This document shows, in pieces, positions 1 through 9,157 of a DNA stretch of 64,000 nucleotides (position 1 is the first letter of the stretch; every line of letters begins with the position of its first letter). The DNA is from Candidatus Woesearchaeota archaeon. Its GTDB lineage: Archaea > Nanobdellota > Nanobdellia > Woesearchaeales > GW2011-AR4. Location: contig JACPJQ010000004.1 in assembly GCA_016187465.1 (NCBI GenBank), positions 7,092-71,091 of the forward strand. Direction: 5' to 3'. The notes below the pieces were generated by a model that saw nothing but the letters and a program-made list of their open reading frames with translations, did not search any database and was not told the origin of the DNA. Position numbers and translations under genes: made by a program.

Positions 1-753
1 ATCATCACTTATTTGCGGATAGTTCTTTATGAGGTATGCTGCCAAACCCCGCATTGCCCACGAATGCTTGCAGCCGCATGTAGGCCTGCCGTCTTTGGTT
101 ACAGCCGTATTAGCCCCGCAGCAATATTCGCAGCCCATTGTTGGAATTGTTAAAATGCTGATGTACCTTTGCTTTTCCTCCGGAGACAACTGAATCTTGT
201 TCCTGCCGTATGCCGGATCGAGATTTGCTATTATATCAAGACTCTTTATAGGATCATCAAATGAAACGCCAAGCGCTTCCCCATAAAAGGGAACTCCCCT
301 TGATATGACGACAGTCATTGCATCCTGATTTGGGTCGCCTGTCAGAGCAAGGCTTGTTTTAGTTGAAGATGTCTTAAAGGTTAAGCCTGTGCTTAATCCG
401 GCTAGCGCTGATGCCTGCGAGATTTGGATTTGATTGAAGATTATCAAAAAAGCTGCAACTGCCATTAAACCATAGCTAACTTTCTCAGTGAGTGTCAATG
501 GCTTCGCATGTGCTTCGTGCTCTGCATGAATTGCATGCGGCTTGTGTTTAGTATCTTTGCTTTCTGAGACAAAAAGCCACACCAAGAGTCCAACTAATGC
601 AACAATTAGCAATACGGATAAGTAGACCAGTAAGCTGCTATTCAAAAGCCTGTAGAACTGATACTGCGTGAATAGGATGATAGCACTGACCAATACTATA
701 AGGAATATTGTTACTTTTTCCAGCAACTCCTGATCTTTTTCCATATTTACCAT
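1..753 (-). CDS. Membrane-anchored Cys-cluster protein (CEYCCG...CGCKH), runs off the window edge; paralog of 9390..10379
   Basis: Manual translation, not in the ORF track: MVNMEKDQELLEKVTIFLIVLVS...KPLTLTEKVSYGLMAVAAFLIIFNQIQI...GVPFYGEALGVSFDDPI...MGCEYCCGANTAVTKDGRPTCGCKHSWAMRGLAAYLIKNYPQISDD; 3 TM segments and a His-rich linker. Confidence 0.85.
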   Translation of the reverse strand, partial: MVNMEKDQELLEKVTIFLIVLVSAIILFTQYQFYRLLNSSLLVYLSVLLIVALVGLLVWLFVSESKDTKHKPHAIHAEHEAHAKPLTLTEKVSYGLMAVAAFLIIFNQIQISQASALAGLSTGLTFKTSSTKTSLALTGDPNQDAMTVVISRGVPFYGEALGVSFDDPIKSLDIIANLDPAYGRNKIQLSPEEKQRYISILTIPTMGCEYCCGANTAVTKDGRPTCGCKHSWAMRGLAAYLIKNYPQISDD

Positions 754-768
754 AGTATTTGCCTTTTC

Positions 769-873
769 TATATATACTTTACTTGAGAAACGATGTTATT
801 TTTAAATCTTTTTTTATAAAATAAGGCTTAAAAAGGTTTATTATCGTTTTTAGGGTGTTATTCAGGCTTTTCA
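769..873 (-). promoter_or_regulatory. Conserved extended upstream element, copy A (GTAAA+TATA box plus ~85 bp fixed-spacing motif)
   Basis: Aligns essentially without gaps to 10403..10511 and 13747..13849. Confidence 0.6.
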
Positions 874-887
874 TGGCTAGGATATTT

Positions 888-1838
888 TCAGGAAGCTTTA
901 TGTTTGTAGATAAAACGGGCAATAACAAAAACAAATAAAGCAAATGCAGCCATGCCAGCAAAAGTGATGTAGGGAATTTGGAGTATCCTGTCCTCAAAAA
1001 GGTATGCATAAACTGATGTCCTTAACGGGTCCAGGACGTTGATTACGTTTGTGCCGTTGAACACTATGAACAGTGCGCCTGTGCTTATCAGCAATAAGCC
1101 TGCAATTATTTTTGTTGTGTGCATAAAAAAGGTTTTTCCGAACAGTTTGATTTCAAATTCCCTGCCCCTGAGCCATGCCTTCTGAGTCAGGTTGTATTTG
1201 TCAAACAATATTGAGATTAAAAATAACGGGACAAACAATCCGAGAGAGTAAAAAAACAGCAATGCACCCGAGTAGAGATAGTTGTGGAAGGTAGATGCAA
1301 TAAGCAAAATGCCTGCAAGCACAGGGCCGAGGCACGCGCTCCATCCGAGCCCGAACAGAATGCCGAATGCGAAAATGCCGGCAATGTCATGCCCCGTCTT
1401 CCTGTCTATTTTTATGAAAGAAAAGCCTTTGCCGAGCATTGTCATAAGTCCAAAAACTATAAGAAGCGCTCCTGAAATGAATATCAAAATTTTTGTGTCT
1501 GCAAATTGGATTGAAGCCAGTGTTTCCCCTATTGCAGCCGCAAATATTCCAAGAATAACAAAGACAAACGAGAATCCCGCAAAAAAAACAAGGGTCATTT
1601 TTGTGATTTCCTTCCTTTCCTTGAATGTGTAGGCAAAGAAAGCGGGCAAAATAGCGAGCGTGCACGGCAGCAATACGCTGATTATGCCGCCCAGAAACGC
1701 CACAAAAAGGGAAAGATTTTTCAGATAAAACACAGCCTGCTGCTGGTTATAATCAGTGATTTTCTGCAGTCCAGACTGTGCAAAAGCCAACGGAATTAAT
1801 AAGAATATTGACAGCAAAAAGATGTTTATTTTTTTCAT
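888..1838 (-). CDS. ccdA: CcdA/DsbD-beta-type thiol-disulfide transporter
   Basis: SVLLPCTLAILP and GWSACLGPVL Cys motifs, multiple TM helices. Confidence 0.85.
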   Translation of the reverse strand: MKKINIFLLSIFLLIPLAFAQSGLQKITDYNQQQAVFYLKNLSLFVAFLGGIISVLLPCTLAILPAFFAYTFKERKEITKMTLVFFAGFSFVFVILGIFAAAIGETLASIQFADTKILIFISGALLIVFGLMTMLGKGFSFIKIDRKTGHDIAGIFAFGILFGLGWSACLGPVLAGILLIASTFHNYLYSGALLFFYSLGLFVPLFLISILFDKYNLTQKAWLRGREFEIKLFGKTFFMHTTKIIAGLLLISTGALFIVFNGTNVINVLDPLRTSVYAYLFEDRILQIPYITFAGMAAFALFVFVIARFIYKHKAS

Positions 1839-2326
1839 TTTATTATATTCATGCTGCTACTCCTTTGGCTTTTTTTGAAAATTGCAAAACTTAGTAACCC
1901 AACGCTTAAAATTCCAAGCGACGGTCTTAATGGTTCAAAGTAAGTGAGAACACCAGTAATTCCCAATAGAAATACTAAAATCCTGTTGCATATAGGGCAG
2001 CCGAATGTGAGAAATCCAAAAACTCCGCCTGTTGCAGCCGATGCATTGCACGCCTTATCTTTGCCGCTTGCTTTTCCGTAATAAAGAAGCCCTATATACG
2101 CCCCAATAAGCAATGATGTTATTAAAAGTGATGACATCTCAAGCCATCCTACAGGAGTCATTCTTGTAAAAAACGGATTTTTTATTATGGATGCAACTGC
2201 TCCGAGTATTATGTAAAGAACAGCGGCTGTTCCTGTCGCTATTGATAATGCTATTATTGCACTTTTTCTATTGCCGCTTTTTTCCAAAGCTCTTGTTTCC
2301 TTTTTTAATTTGTTTTTTATCCGCAT
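1835..2326 (-). CDS. Small 4-TM protein with C...GCPIC metal/thiol motif
   Basis: KAC...TFGCPICNRIL, hydrophobic segments, overlaps the ccdA start. Confidence 0.65.
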   Translation of the reverse strand: MRIKNKLKKETRALEKSGNRKSAIIALSIATGTAAVLYIILGAVASIIKNPFFTRMTPVGWLEMSSLLITSLLIGAYIGLLYYGKASGKDKACNASAATGGVFGFLTFGCPICNRILVFLLGITGVLTYFEPLRPSLGILSVGLLSFAIFKKSQRSSSMNIIK

Positions 2327-2444
2327 CTTCTATTACGGTTACCTCAACATAACCGCAATCTTTGCACTGGCGCTTACCAAATTGCGCACCCATATAATTT
2401 TAATTGATTTCCTCTGATTTGCATGAAGGTCATTTTAATGCCAT
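2268..2444 (-). pseudogene. Degenerate Zn-ribbon micro-protein with two in-frame stops
   Basis: MALK*PSCKSEEIN*NYMGAQFGKRQCKDCGYVEVTVIED...; TGA at 2430-2432 replaces the first Cys of CxxC, TAA at 2400-2402. Confidence 0.55.
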
Positions 2445-2458
2445 TATAAAATGTGATA

Positions 2459-2899
2459 TTATCTGCCATACCCTTTGTTTACCCATTCAACAATGCCCCC
2501 AACAACATTATAAACATTTGTATATCCTCTTTCTGCAAGTTTTTCTGCTGCAATCTGACTCATCCTTCCAGTCTTGCAGTACAACACAATTTTTGCTTCC
2601 TTACCCTGCGGCAATTTATCAAGCTGGTTTTCTATGTCATCGTAAGGAATAAAAGCATCTGTTCCATTAATGTGTTTTTGTTCCGGTATGTGGACATCAA
2701 CCAAAGCAAAATCTTTGTTTTTTAACTGCTGGTTTAGTTCATCAACAGTCATATTCTTGTAGCTTGTATTTTTGCTTAAAGAGGTAGATTTTTGAGAGTT
2801 GTCATTGGAATCTTGTGTACATCCAATAAATAGAACTAAGGCAAAGAGTAAATATATAATTCTAAGTCCCCTATTTAATGCCGATGTGTAGTTTTTCAT
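2459..2899 (-). CDS. Rhodanese-domain lipoprotein
   Basis: Lipobox-like LFIGC; LVDV...E...HI.G; active-site YCKTGRMS; GGIVEW. Confidence 0.9.
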   Translation of the reverse strand: MKNYTSALNRGLRIIYLLFALVLFIGCTQDSNDNSQKSTSLSKNTSYKNMTVDELNQQLKNKDFALVDVHIPEQKHINGTDAFIPYDDIENQLDKLPQGKEAKIVLYCKTGRMSQIAAEKLAERGYTNVYNVVGGIVEWVNKGYGR

Positions 2900-3039
2900 A
2901 AGAGGCTCTTTAGCATTGTCATTTACTGCACAATTATCAATGATATCGGATGCTTATTTCTTTATTTAAATTTATGTTACTGCTACAAAAAATTGCCATT
3001 AACCAGAAGTTATTTATATTTGCTTGCTATTTTCTGCTT

Positions 3040-3405
3040 ATGAAATCAAATTTTATTGCTAAAGATATAATTTATTCACTAAGCCCGTTAGAAGCTGATA
3101 TAATCAAATCCTTGTTACCAAACAAAAAATACAGGACAAGGGACATCTATGCATTAGTCAGAAACAAAGCCTCAAAGAGCAGCGTATCGGTAATTCTCGA
3201 TAGGCTGTACCAAAAAGGTCTCGTTAATAGGTCAGTTGAAACCGCCAGAGGCGGAATAAGGTTTGTATATGGTCTCGAGCAGAACAAGGAAAATTTTGAA
3301 AAGCGAGTAGTGGAAAATGTGGTGAATTCCATAATACAAAAATTTGGTTCAAAGGCAGTAGTGTATTTTAATGAGAGCTTAAAGAAGCGGGGCAAAAATG
3401 ATTGA
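3040..3405 (+). CDS. BlaI/MecI/CopY family winged-helix repressor
   Basis: LSPLEADII...SSVSVILDRLYQKGLVNR...FVY...C-terminal dimerisation helices; ATG 3040 preferred over the upstream ATG. Confidence 0.85.
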   Translation: MKSNFIAKDIIYSLSPLEADIIKSLLPNKKYRTRDIYALVRNKASKSSVSVILDRLYQKGLVNRSVETARGGIRFVYGLEQNKENFEKRVVENVVNSIIQKFGSKAVVYFNESLKKRGKND

Positions 3406-4168
3406 GCAGTTAGAAATGTGGAAAAATTACTTGTATCATATATTAAATCATCCTCTTCACATGGCTATCTTTGTCCCATCATTAATACTTTCAATTGCGT
3501 TTTTTATTCTGTTCAAAAAATCTGGAGATTTAAGGAAAAAGGTAAATTTTCTGGCAATGCATATAGCGCTGCTGTTCTTTCCCTTTGTGTTCTCGGCTGT
3601 TTTTTGGAGATGCATGATGCCTATGATGAACTGCATGCCTATGATGTTCATGATTTTTGTTCCAATCTCTGGAATCATAACTATAATTTTGGGTTTTGTG
3701 TTGTTGCCATATATGTATAGGTGGTCTGACAAATGCTGCTTAATTAAAAACAACTTTATCAAGAAATTCGTTGAAAAAAATTCCAAAATACTAAAAATAA
3801 AAGAGCCCGAAGTTTATTCGATAAACGATCTAGAGCCGGCAGCTTATTCCATAACAAACCTAAAACCATCGATTTTTGTGTCTGCGGGGCTTTCAGAACT
3901 GCTTACAAAGAAGGAACTCGAAGCGGTTTTGCTGCATGAATTGCATCATCACAAATGCAAAACCTACTTCTGGAAATTTTCGGGCAATGTCCTTAGGCTA
4001 TTTACGCCAGTGGCAGCTTTTACAGGATTCTCAGGCACCTTAGAAAAAGAGGAAATTGAAGCTGACAATTATGCTATATCCATGCAAAATACAAACAAAT
4101 ACATTCTTTCGGCAAAGTCAAAAATAAAAAATTTCAGGACTTCTCGGCTCCATGCAGATGCCAAATAA
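3398..4168 (+). CDS. BlaR1/M56-M48 type membrane zinc protease with Met/Cys-rich loop
   Basis: ELEAVLLHELHH (HExxH), EIEADNYA, N-terminal TMs with WRCMMPMMNCMPMMFM; coupled to the BlaI-like gene. Confidence 0.85.
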   Translation: MIEQLEMWKNYLYHILNHPLHMAIFVPSLILSIAFFILFKKSGDLRKKVNFLAMHIALLFFPFVFSAVFWRCMMPMMNCMPMMFMIFVPISGIITIILGFVLLPYMYRWSDKCCLIKNNFIKKFVEKNSKILKIKEPEVYSINDLEPAAYSITNLKPSIFVSAGLSELLTKKELEAVLLHELHHHKCKTYFWKFSGNVLRLFTPVAAFTGFSGTLEKEEIEADNYAISMQNTNKYILSAKSKIKNFRTSRLHADAK

Positions 4169-5102
4169 CGAGCAAAAAAATTGACAAAGCAGAAATGATC
4201 CCTAAAATGTTGCCTGATACTGACGTGAATATTCTTGTTCCCAAAGATGCCTCATTCAAGTAGCTCCAGAACGACATAGACCATGGAATGTATTTTGGCA
4301 GCTCGCTTTGAAAAAAGAAAGTTCCTTTAAAAATAACCATTAGTATCCCTATTGCAAGCAGCAAAATTCCTCCAATTATGTTGTATGTATGGGTAATTAT
4401 TTTTTTATTAAACAGCTTAAATTCTATTGATTTGCCCCTCAATAATTTTGAATTTGCCCAGTCGTATTTATCTGAGAAGAATGCCAGCAAAATCAAAGGA
4501 GATGCTATGCCTATTCCATAAAATACAAGCATCAAAGTCCCATTTAGCACAGTTGCAGAATTTGCAGCCAATAAAAGTATGCCTGTTAGAATTGGCCCAA
4601 CGCATGGAGTCCAGCCGATTCCGAAGAAAAATCCCAATGAAGCCACACTAAAAAAACTTTGGCCTTTCCTGTAATCCAATTTAAAATTAAAGATTGTGAA
4701 GCCTATATTGAAAAACATCAAAATTCCGAAAAAAATCAGCATATAGCCCGATATAACGGCAAAAGCCAGCTTGTAGCTGTTGAAGAAATTGCCCAAAAAG
4801 CCTGCTATCAGCCCAAAAAATGTGAATGCTATCAGCAGGCCAATCGAAAATGCGCTTGTCATAAGCACAGCTTTTTTTCTGTCCTTAAAAGCAAATGAAA
4901 AAAATGTCGGCAGCAAAGCAATACCGCAAGGTGAGGTCATTGAAATCAAGCCTGCAAAGAATGCAAGCAAAAATGTTATACTGGAGGCTAATTGCTGCTC
5001 TTGCTGCTTTAGTTTTTGAAGGCCTATTGGCAATTCCTGTGCGAACGCTATGCTAGCGAACAACACAACAAATATTAATACAATTAATAATTTTTTGGTC
5101 AT
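4134..5102 (-). CDS. ccdA: CcdA/DsbD-beta-type thiol-disulfide transporter (paralog of 888..1838)
   Basis: SMTSPCGIALLP and GWTPCVGPIL. Confidence 0.85.
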   Translation of the reverse strand: MTKKLLIVLIFVVLFASIAFAQELPIGLQKLKQQEQQLASSITFLLAFFAGLISMTSPCGIALLPTFFSFAFKDRKKAVLMTSAFSIGLLIAFTFFGLIAGFLGNFFNSYKLAFAVISGYMLIFFGILMFFNIGFTIFNFKLDYRKGQSFFSVASLGFFFGIGWTPCVGPILTGILLLAANSATVLNGTLMLVFYGIGIASPLILLAFFSDKYDWANSKLLRGKSIEFKLFNKKIITHTYNIIGGILLLAIGILMVIFKGTFFFQSELPKYIPWSMSFWSYLNEASLGTRIFTSVSGNILGIISALSIFLLVIWHLHGAEKS

Positions 5103-5587
5103 TTTTTCTTACCCATAAATTTTGCTGACAAGATTCCAATTAGAAATCCAATAATCAAAAATACAAAATATTCCATGTAATTTGGCTTATTATCCTCAAT
5201 TACTTCTATTACAAAATCTTCCGGAGAGTACGTTTTGTTTCCCAAGGCAAAATTGATAAAAATTTCATGTATTCCTGCATTCTTAAACTCGTGCTTCAAA
5301 TCTAAAACTCCATAATCGATTTTGAAATTTTTTGCCAATATTTGTTCTTCGCCTTTCATTATTCTAAGCTCGCCGCTGATTTCCTTGCTGATTAATCCAG
5401 CTTTATCGGCAAAGGAAAATAAAATAGATACCCTCTCATAGACTTTCGGCACATGAGGCGCATGCGACATTTGGACAAAAATATCATCTGCCAATTTCAT
5501 GCAGCCGCCGTTGGAATAGGTTATTGGAATTAATGAAATAAAAATAACAAATACCATGCAAATAATAAGATTTCTGCTCATTTTCAA
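5099..5587 (-). CDS. Exported Ig-like (YtkA/FixH-like) protein with C-terminal TM anchor
   Basis: Signal peptide, NGGCM N-terminus, HEFKNAGIHEIFINF beta pattern, C-terminal TM followed by KKK. Confidence 0.5.
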   Translation of the reverse strand: MKMSRNLIICMVFVIFISLIPITYSNGGCMKLADDIFVQMSHAPHVPKVYERVSILFSFADKAGLISKEISGELRIMKGEEQILAKNFKIDYGVLDLKHEFKNAGIHEIFINFALGNKTYSPEDFVIEVIEDNKPNYMEYFVFLIIGFLIGILSAKFMGKKK

Positions 5588-5594
5588 TCATTTA

Positions 5595-6119
5595 TTATAT
5601 TACGTACTTATACTTTTGCAAGCCAAAAAATGCCCTTATTCTCTTAAATAAACCACGGCAATCATCAATAACCATGCTATCATGTTTGTCCAAGAAGTTG
5701 TAAATATGCTTGTCAATTAACGCTCTTATGAAATAATAGATTGGCTTCATGCCCCAAAAGCTCATATGAACCATAGCATATCTCCACCCGTCTATGTTGA
5801 TAAGGACATCGCCATAGTTAATCCTTATCTTTTTCCCATCTTTCTTAATAATAACTTCTTTAACATTGTCCATTAAAGCTCTCAAAGAAATAATGCCCAT
5901 TGTATGCTCCATGTCCATATGCATATGTGCTTCTATTAGCCATTCTATTTTTTTGCCATTTTTTGTAACATGCTCCATCTTTTTCTTTGGTTCTTTTTCG
6001 TAGCCTTTTTCCTTTATCCAGTTATCAACTTCTGCATAGAAGTCCTCAACTACAAAAGGACCATTATAGGTTGTTCTCAAGTCATAAAGTACCTGTTTTC
6101 TCTCCATCATTTTTATCAC
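5595..6119 (-). CDS. Hypothetical cytoplasmic protein with HMHMDMEH motif
   Basis: 174-aa ORF coupled to neighbours; His/Met cluster. Confidence 0.6.
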   Translation of the reverse strand: MIKMMERKQVLYDLRTTYNGPFVVEDFYAEVDNWIKEKGYEKEPKKKMEHVTKNGKKIEWLIEAHMHMDMEHTMGIISLRALMDNVKEVIIKKDGKKIRINYGDVLINIDGWRYAMVHMSFWGMKPIYYFIRALIDKHIYNFLDKHDSMVIDDCRGLFKRIRAFFGLQKYKYVI

Positions 6120-6604
6120 TTATATTCAATCACAATTTCATCCTTATCATGCATAATATATTTATTAAATTCAAAATTTTCTTTACCGTTTACTGTAATT
6201 TTTAAAGTTCCATTTTCTCCATTGCAATATTCAAAAATGCAAGAGCTGTTGAAATTCCTTCCCCAGACTTTAAAGAAATAACCTAATGTCAAAGTTTCAG
6301 GCTTTTGCCATGGTCTGTTGTTCTCCAAATGTATAGTGCCATCGCTTTCATGCGTATGGGTAGGAGACATTCTCATACCGCTTATTTGATTATCTATATT
6401 GTTGCCTATGCTTATTCCGATATTTGGAGGTATAAACTGCTCTTCGCCTTTGATCATTATTTTAAGTTTAGGATGCCAGTGGACAGGCTGCTGAGGCACT
6501 CCGTTTGTATTATTGCTTTGAGACGGGCTTTTAAATAAAAGAATGAATCCTATAAATACAGCTATTATTACAATAACTGCAATATAAATTGGCTTTATTT
6601 TCAT
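6116..6604 (-). CDS. Exported multi-His protein (HWH...HTH...H), paralog 1
   Basis: N-terminal TM; PVHWHP, PTHTHESDGTIH, TLGYFF, VNG...Y...D.D.I.I.Y. Confidence 0.75.
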   Translation of the reverse strand: MKIKPIYIAVIVIIAVFIGFILLFKSPSQSNNTNGVPQQPVHWHPKLKIMIKGEEQFIPPNIGISIGNNIDNQISGMRMSPTHTHESDGTIHLENNRPWQKPETLTLGYFFKVWGRNFNSSCIFEYCNGENGTLKITVNGKENFEFNKYIMHDKDEIVIEYK

Positions 6605-6605
6605 T

Positions 6606-7322
6606 TTAATGCAATTCCGCAAAGCCTGTTATTGAATTAAACTGATTTTTTATTTCATCTTCGCTTTCATCGCCATAGCTTATCAAAATTTTGTCCAAAT
6701 CATTGAATACATAATTTTCAAATTCATTGCTTTCTTTTCCATTGACAAAGAATTTTAGCTTTTTATTGCTATTATTGCAGAATTCTTTGTTTTCCAGAGT
6801 TATGCAATTCTTGTTGAACTCCATGCCTATGCTTTTGAAGAAAACCCACAAAGGAACTCCGGTTGCGTGTATGTGCAATGCGCCGCCAGCATCGTCTTTG
6901 TTCTGCTGATTGTCAATGTGGACAAAGCTGCTTTTCATGTAAAATCTGCTATCTGCAAAATTAAGCGGCTTTTCATTTACATAAACTTTAAAGTCAGCAT
7001 GAATGTGCTGCGAATCGAGAATGCCTATTTTTGAATCTGGATTCATGTTGCACTCTAATTGCCCGGAGTCAAGACACATCTCTACAGGCATTCCACAGGA
7101 ATCGCATCTGCCGTCATTATTCCTGTCCATCATGCCTCTTCCAACCTCTCTGTCAAAAGCCGTCAAAGTCATTCCTGAAACTCTTTTCATTTGAGAAGAT
7201 GATTGTTCAACTTGCCCTGTTTTTGAGCTTAGAAAATCAAATAGGGAAAATATGAGCAGTCCGATAACTATAAAGAATATAAATATTAATGTCAATGCCC
7301 CAAAATCTGCCTTTAATTTCAT
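6606..7322 (-). CDS. Exported multi-His protein, paralog 2, with extra Cys-rich insert
   Basis: HIHADFKVYVN, FVH, LHIHATGVPL; upstream DRNNDGRCDSCGMPVEMC...EC. Confidence 0.75.
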   Translation of the reverse strand: MKLKADFGALTLIFIFFIVIGLLIFSLFDFLSSKTGQVEQSSSQMKRVSGMTLTAFDREVGRGMMDRNNDGRCDSCGMPVEMCLDSGQLECNMNPDSKIGILDSQHIHADFKVYVNEKPLNFADSRFYMKSSFVHIDNQQNKDDAGGALHIHATGVPLWVFFKSIGMEFNKNCITLENKEFCNNSNKKLKFFVNGKESNEFENYVFNDLDKILISYGDESEDEIKNQFNSITGFAELH

Positions 7323-7735
7323 TTCTTCTCAATCTTGTCATAAATATGCCATCCAATGCTGAATATTGCCAAAATTCCTCCAACAATCCAGGAAAGATAA
7401 TTGAAATTTTGAACTTGCTGAAACGGCACACCAGCAATTATCAAGCCTGAATTAAATAAAATTAGTTTGCCTGACAAATGCATTCTTTTTTTATATTTTA
7501 AAATTATTGTGATTGTTAATAATGAGACTGCGACAGTCCAAAATGGAATTGCAACTTTTGTCAAAAACAGCAACGGCATTCCTGCTACTGCAAAACCTAG
7601 AAAGGTAAGGAAAGCAACTAAGGCTAAGCATGCATTATGGCAAACTTGATAGCTACCAAGAAAGCTTAAACCACCAGAAATACTTCCAGCTACACCCACA
7701 AATTTCTCTTTTATTTTGTTTACTACTTTTACCAT
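7319..7735 (-). CDS. Small multi-TM protein with CHxxC motif
   Basis: YQVCHNAC followed by 4 hydrophobic helices. Confidence 0.65.
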   Translation of the reverse strand: MVKVVNKIKEKFVGVAGSISGGLSFLGSYQVCHNACLALVAFLTFLGFAVAGMPLLFLTKVAIPFWTVAVSLLTITIILKYKKRMHLSGKLILFNSGLIIAGVPFQQVQNFNYLSWIVGGILAIFSIGWHIYDKIEKK

Positions 7736-7739
7736 ATTC

Positions 7740-8261
7740 TCATTTCTTATGTTTATCTTTTTTATCTTTCATACTCTTCCACAATTTTATAATCCAAAGA
7801 TAAACCAAGATTATTAGTCCTATAAATAGTATAATATAAAGAACATTTAGAAAATTCCAATAGCCAAAACCGTAGCCATAAGGCGTACTCCCATAACTCA
7901 TCCTATTGCCTCCCATCATCATATTCATCATTCCTCCATTCATCATGCCAGCACCCATCATTCCGCCTGTATTTTCATTGCAATACACCATTTTTGCCAT
8001 GTTAATATGAAACTGCTTTTCTGCTTCAGAGCCTTCTTTAATTCCCATCATTTTATGCATAAGCTCATGGCTTTCGCCAGAGTGCATTAATTCCATTTCA
8101 TACTCCCCAATTATTTCTAACTGGGAGTCTGATAGACTTTTGCAGTCCACTCTTGAATCAATCAAGTTCTTAGCTTCTTTGATTTCCTGTTGTGTGATTG
8201 CATTAGCTAAACCCAAATTTAACAATAAAGCAACAATTGCAACGAATATTATTTCTTTCAT
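7740..8261 (-). CDS. Exported His/Met-rich protein with C-terminal TM
   Basis: Signal peptide; MELMHSGESHELMHKMMG; GGMMGAGMMNGGMMNMMMGG. Confidence 0.75.
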   Translation of the reverse strand: MKEIIFVAIVALLLNLGLANAITQQEIKEAKNLIDSRVDCKSLSDSQLEIIGEYEMELMHSGESHELMHKMMGIKEGSEAEKQFHINMAKMVYCNENTGGMMGAGMMNGGMMNMMMGGNRMSYGSTPYGYGFGYWNFLNVLYIILFIGLIILVYLWIIKLWKSMKDKKDKHKK

Positions 8262-8307
8262 TCTAATACCTAATAAATTCTTGACAATTTTTCTTTGATG
8301 TATGAAC

Positions 8308-8451
8308 TCATTTTAGCACTCCAATTGACGATTTCGTAATTTCAAGGCTGCAACTCTTGTGCTTTCTGCACCAGTCTTCACATTTATTTGCAAGCTCTTT
8401 TGTATTGTAAGCAAAATTACAAATTTCGCAAATGCATAGTTCTTTTGCCAT
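8308..8451 (-). CDS. 47-aa Cys/His zinc-finger-like micro-protein
   Basis: Manual translation MAKELCICEICNFAYNTKELANKCEDWCRKHKSCSLEITKSSIGVLK; lies in line with the operon. Confidence 0.7.
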   Translation of the reverse strand: MAKELCICEICNFAYNTKELANKCEDWCRKHKSCSLEITKSSIGVLK

Positions 8452-8463
8452 TTAATTCATCAT

Positions 8464-8919
8464 TTAAGTTGTGTCTATATTTTGGCCGTACGGATGAATT
8501 AATTTCCATCCGTTGCTTCTTTTCTTTAATGTATATACACTTTCAAAATCTTTTTTAGCCCCGTCTTTGCCAATTATCTCGATTTTGTAATTGACTCCAG
8601 CCTCTTTATCATTTTCATACTGAGTTTGCACATCAATGACACTGACACCATTAGCTGTCTCGTAAAATTTATCCATATAGGCTTTAAAGCCATCAAATGA
8701 TTTTGCTGTAGGCTCTATTTGCTTGAAGCCATCTGAAATAAGGGAATACATTATATCATACTGCTTGCTGTTCCATGCCTGAAAGTAAAGTGTTACAACT
8801 TGAATTTGGGTTAAAGTGGAAACATCCTGAGATAGGATGGCTTTTTGCTCCTGCTGCGTCTTTGTGCATGCGCTTAATAAAATTACAATAAAAATGACGA
8901 AGGTCAGTGAACTTTTCAT
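8464..8919 (-). CDS. NTF2-like lipoprotein
   Basis: LLSAC lipobox; VVTLYFQAWNSKQYDIMYSLIS ... LKKRSNGWKL typical of NTF2-like domains. Confidence 0.6.
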   Translation of the reverse strand: MKSSLTFVIFIVILLSACTKTQQEQKAILSQDVSTLTQIQVVTLYFQAWNSKQYDIMYSLISDGFKQIEPTAKSFDGFKAYMDKFYETANGVSVIDVQTQYENDKEAGVNYKIEIIGKDGAKKDFESVYTLKKRSNGWKLIHPYGQNIDTT

Positions 8920-8933
8920 TCTTATCAGCTTAG

Positions 8934-9140
8934 TCAAAATCCAGTCGCTATCATTGGTTTCTTTGGCTGCATATCTAAGCAATTAGCACAAGCAATCACT
9001 TGGTTTTGCTGCTCATAATCTGAAGGCGCATTCTTAATATTTTCCATAATTGATTTCTTTATAGTCTTTAGCTGCATGGATTGCATGAATAAGACTAATA
9101 TAAGAAGCGCTAAAACCATTATCGTCAGCGAGGTTTTCAT
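8934..9140 (-). CDS. Small TM-anchored protein with CxxC
   Basis: N-terminal TM-QxxQL like the neighbour, IACANC; GGTGGTGA RBS. Confidence 0.6.
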   Translation of the reverse strand: MKTSLTIMVLALLILVLFMQSMQLKTIKKSIMENIKNAPSDYEQQNQVIACANCLDMQPKKPMIATGF

Positions 9141-9157
9141 CTCACCACCAAAAAAAT

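Noticed and set aside
779..1009. 76-aa ORF overlapping the ccdA end and the conserved upstream element
   Set aside because: It is an alternative frame, and I did not see equivalent ORFs at the other two copies, so the conservation is better explained at DNA level.
2430..2432. Selenocysteine readthrough at TGA in UxxC
   Set aside because: A second in-frame TAA follows 10 codons later, and no SECIS was identified.
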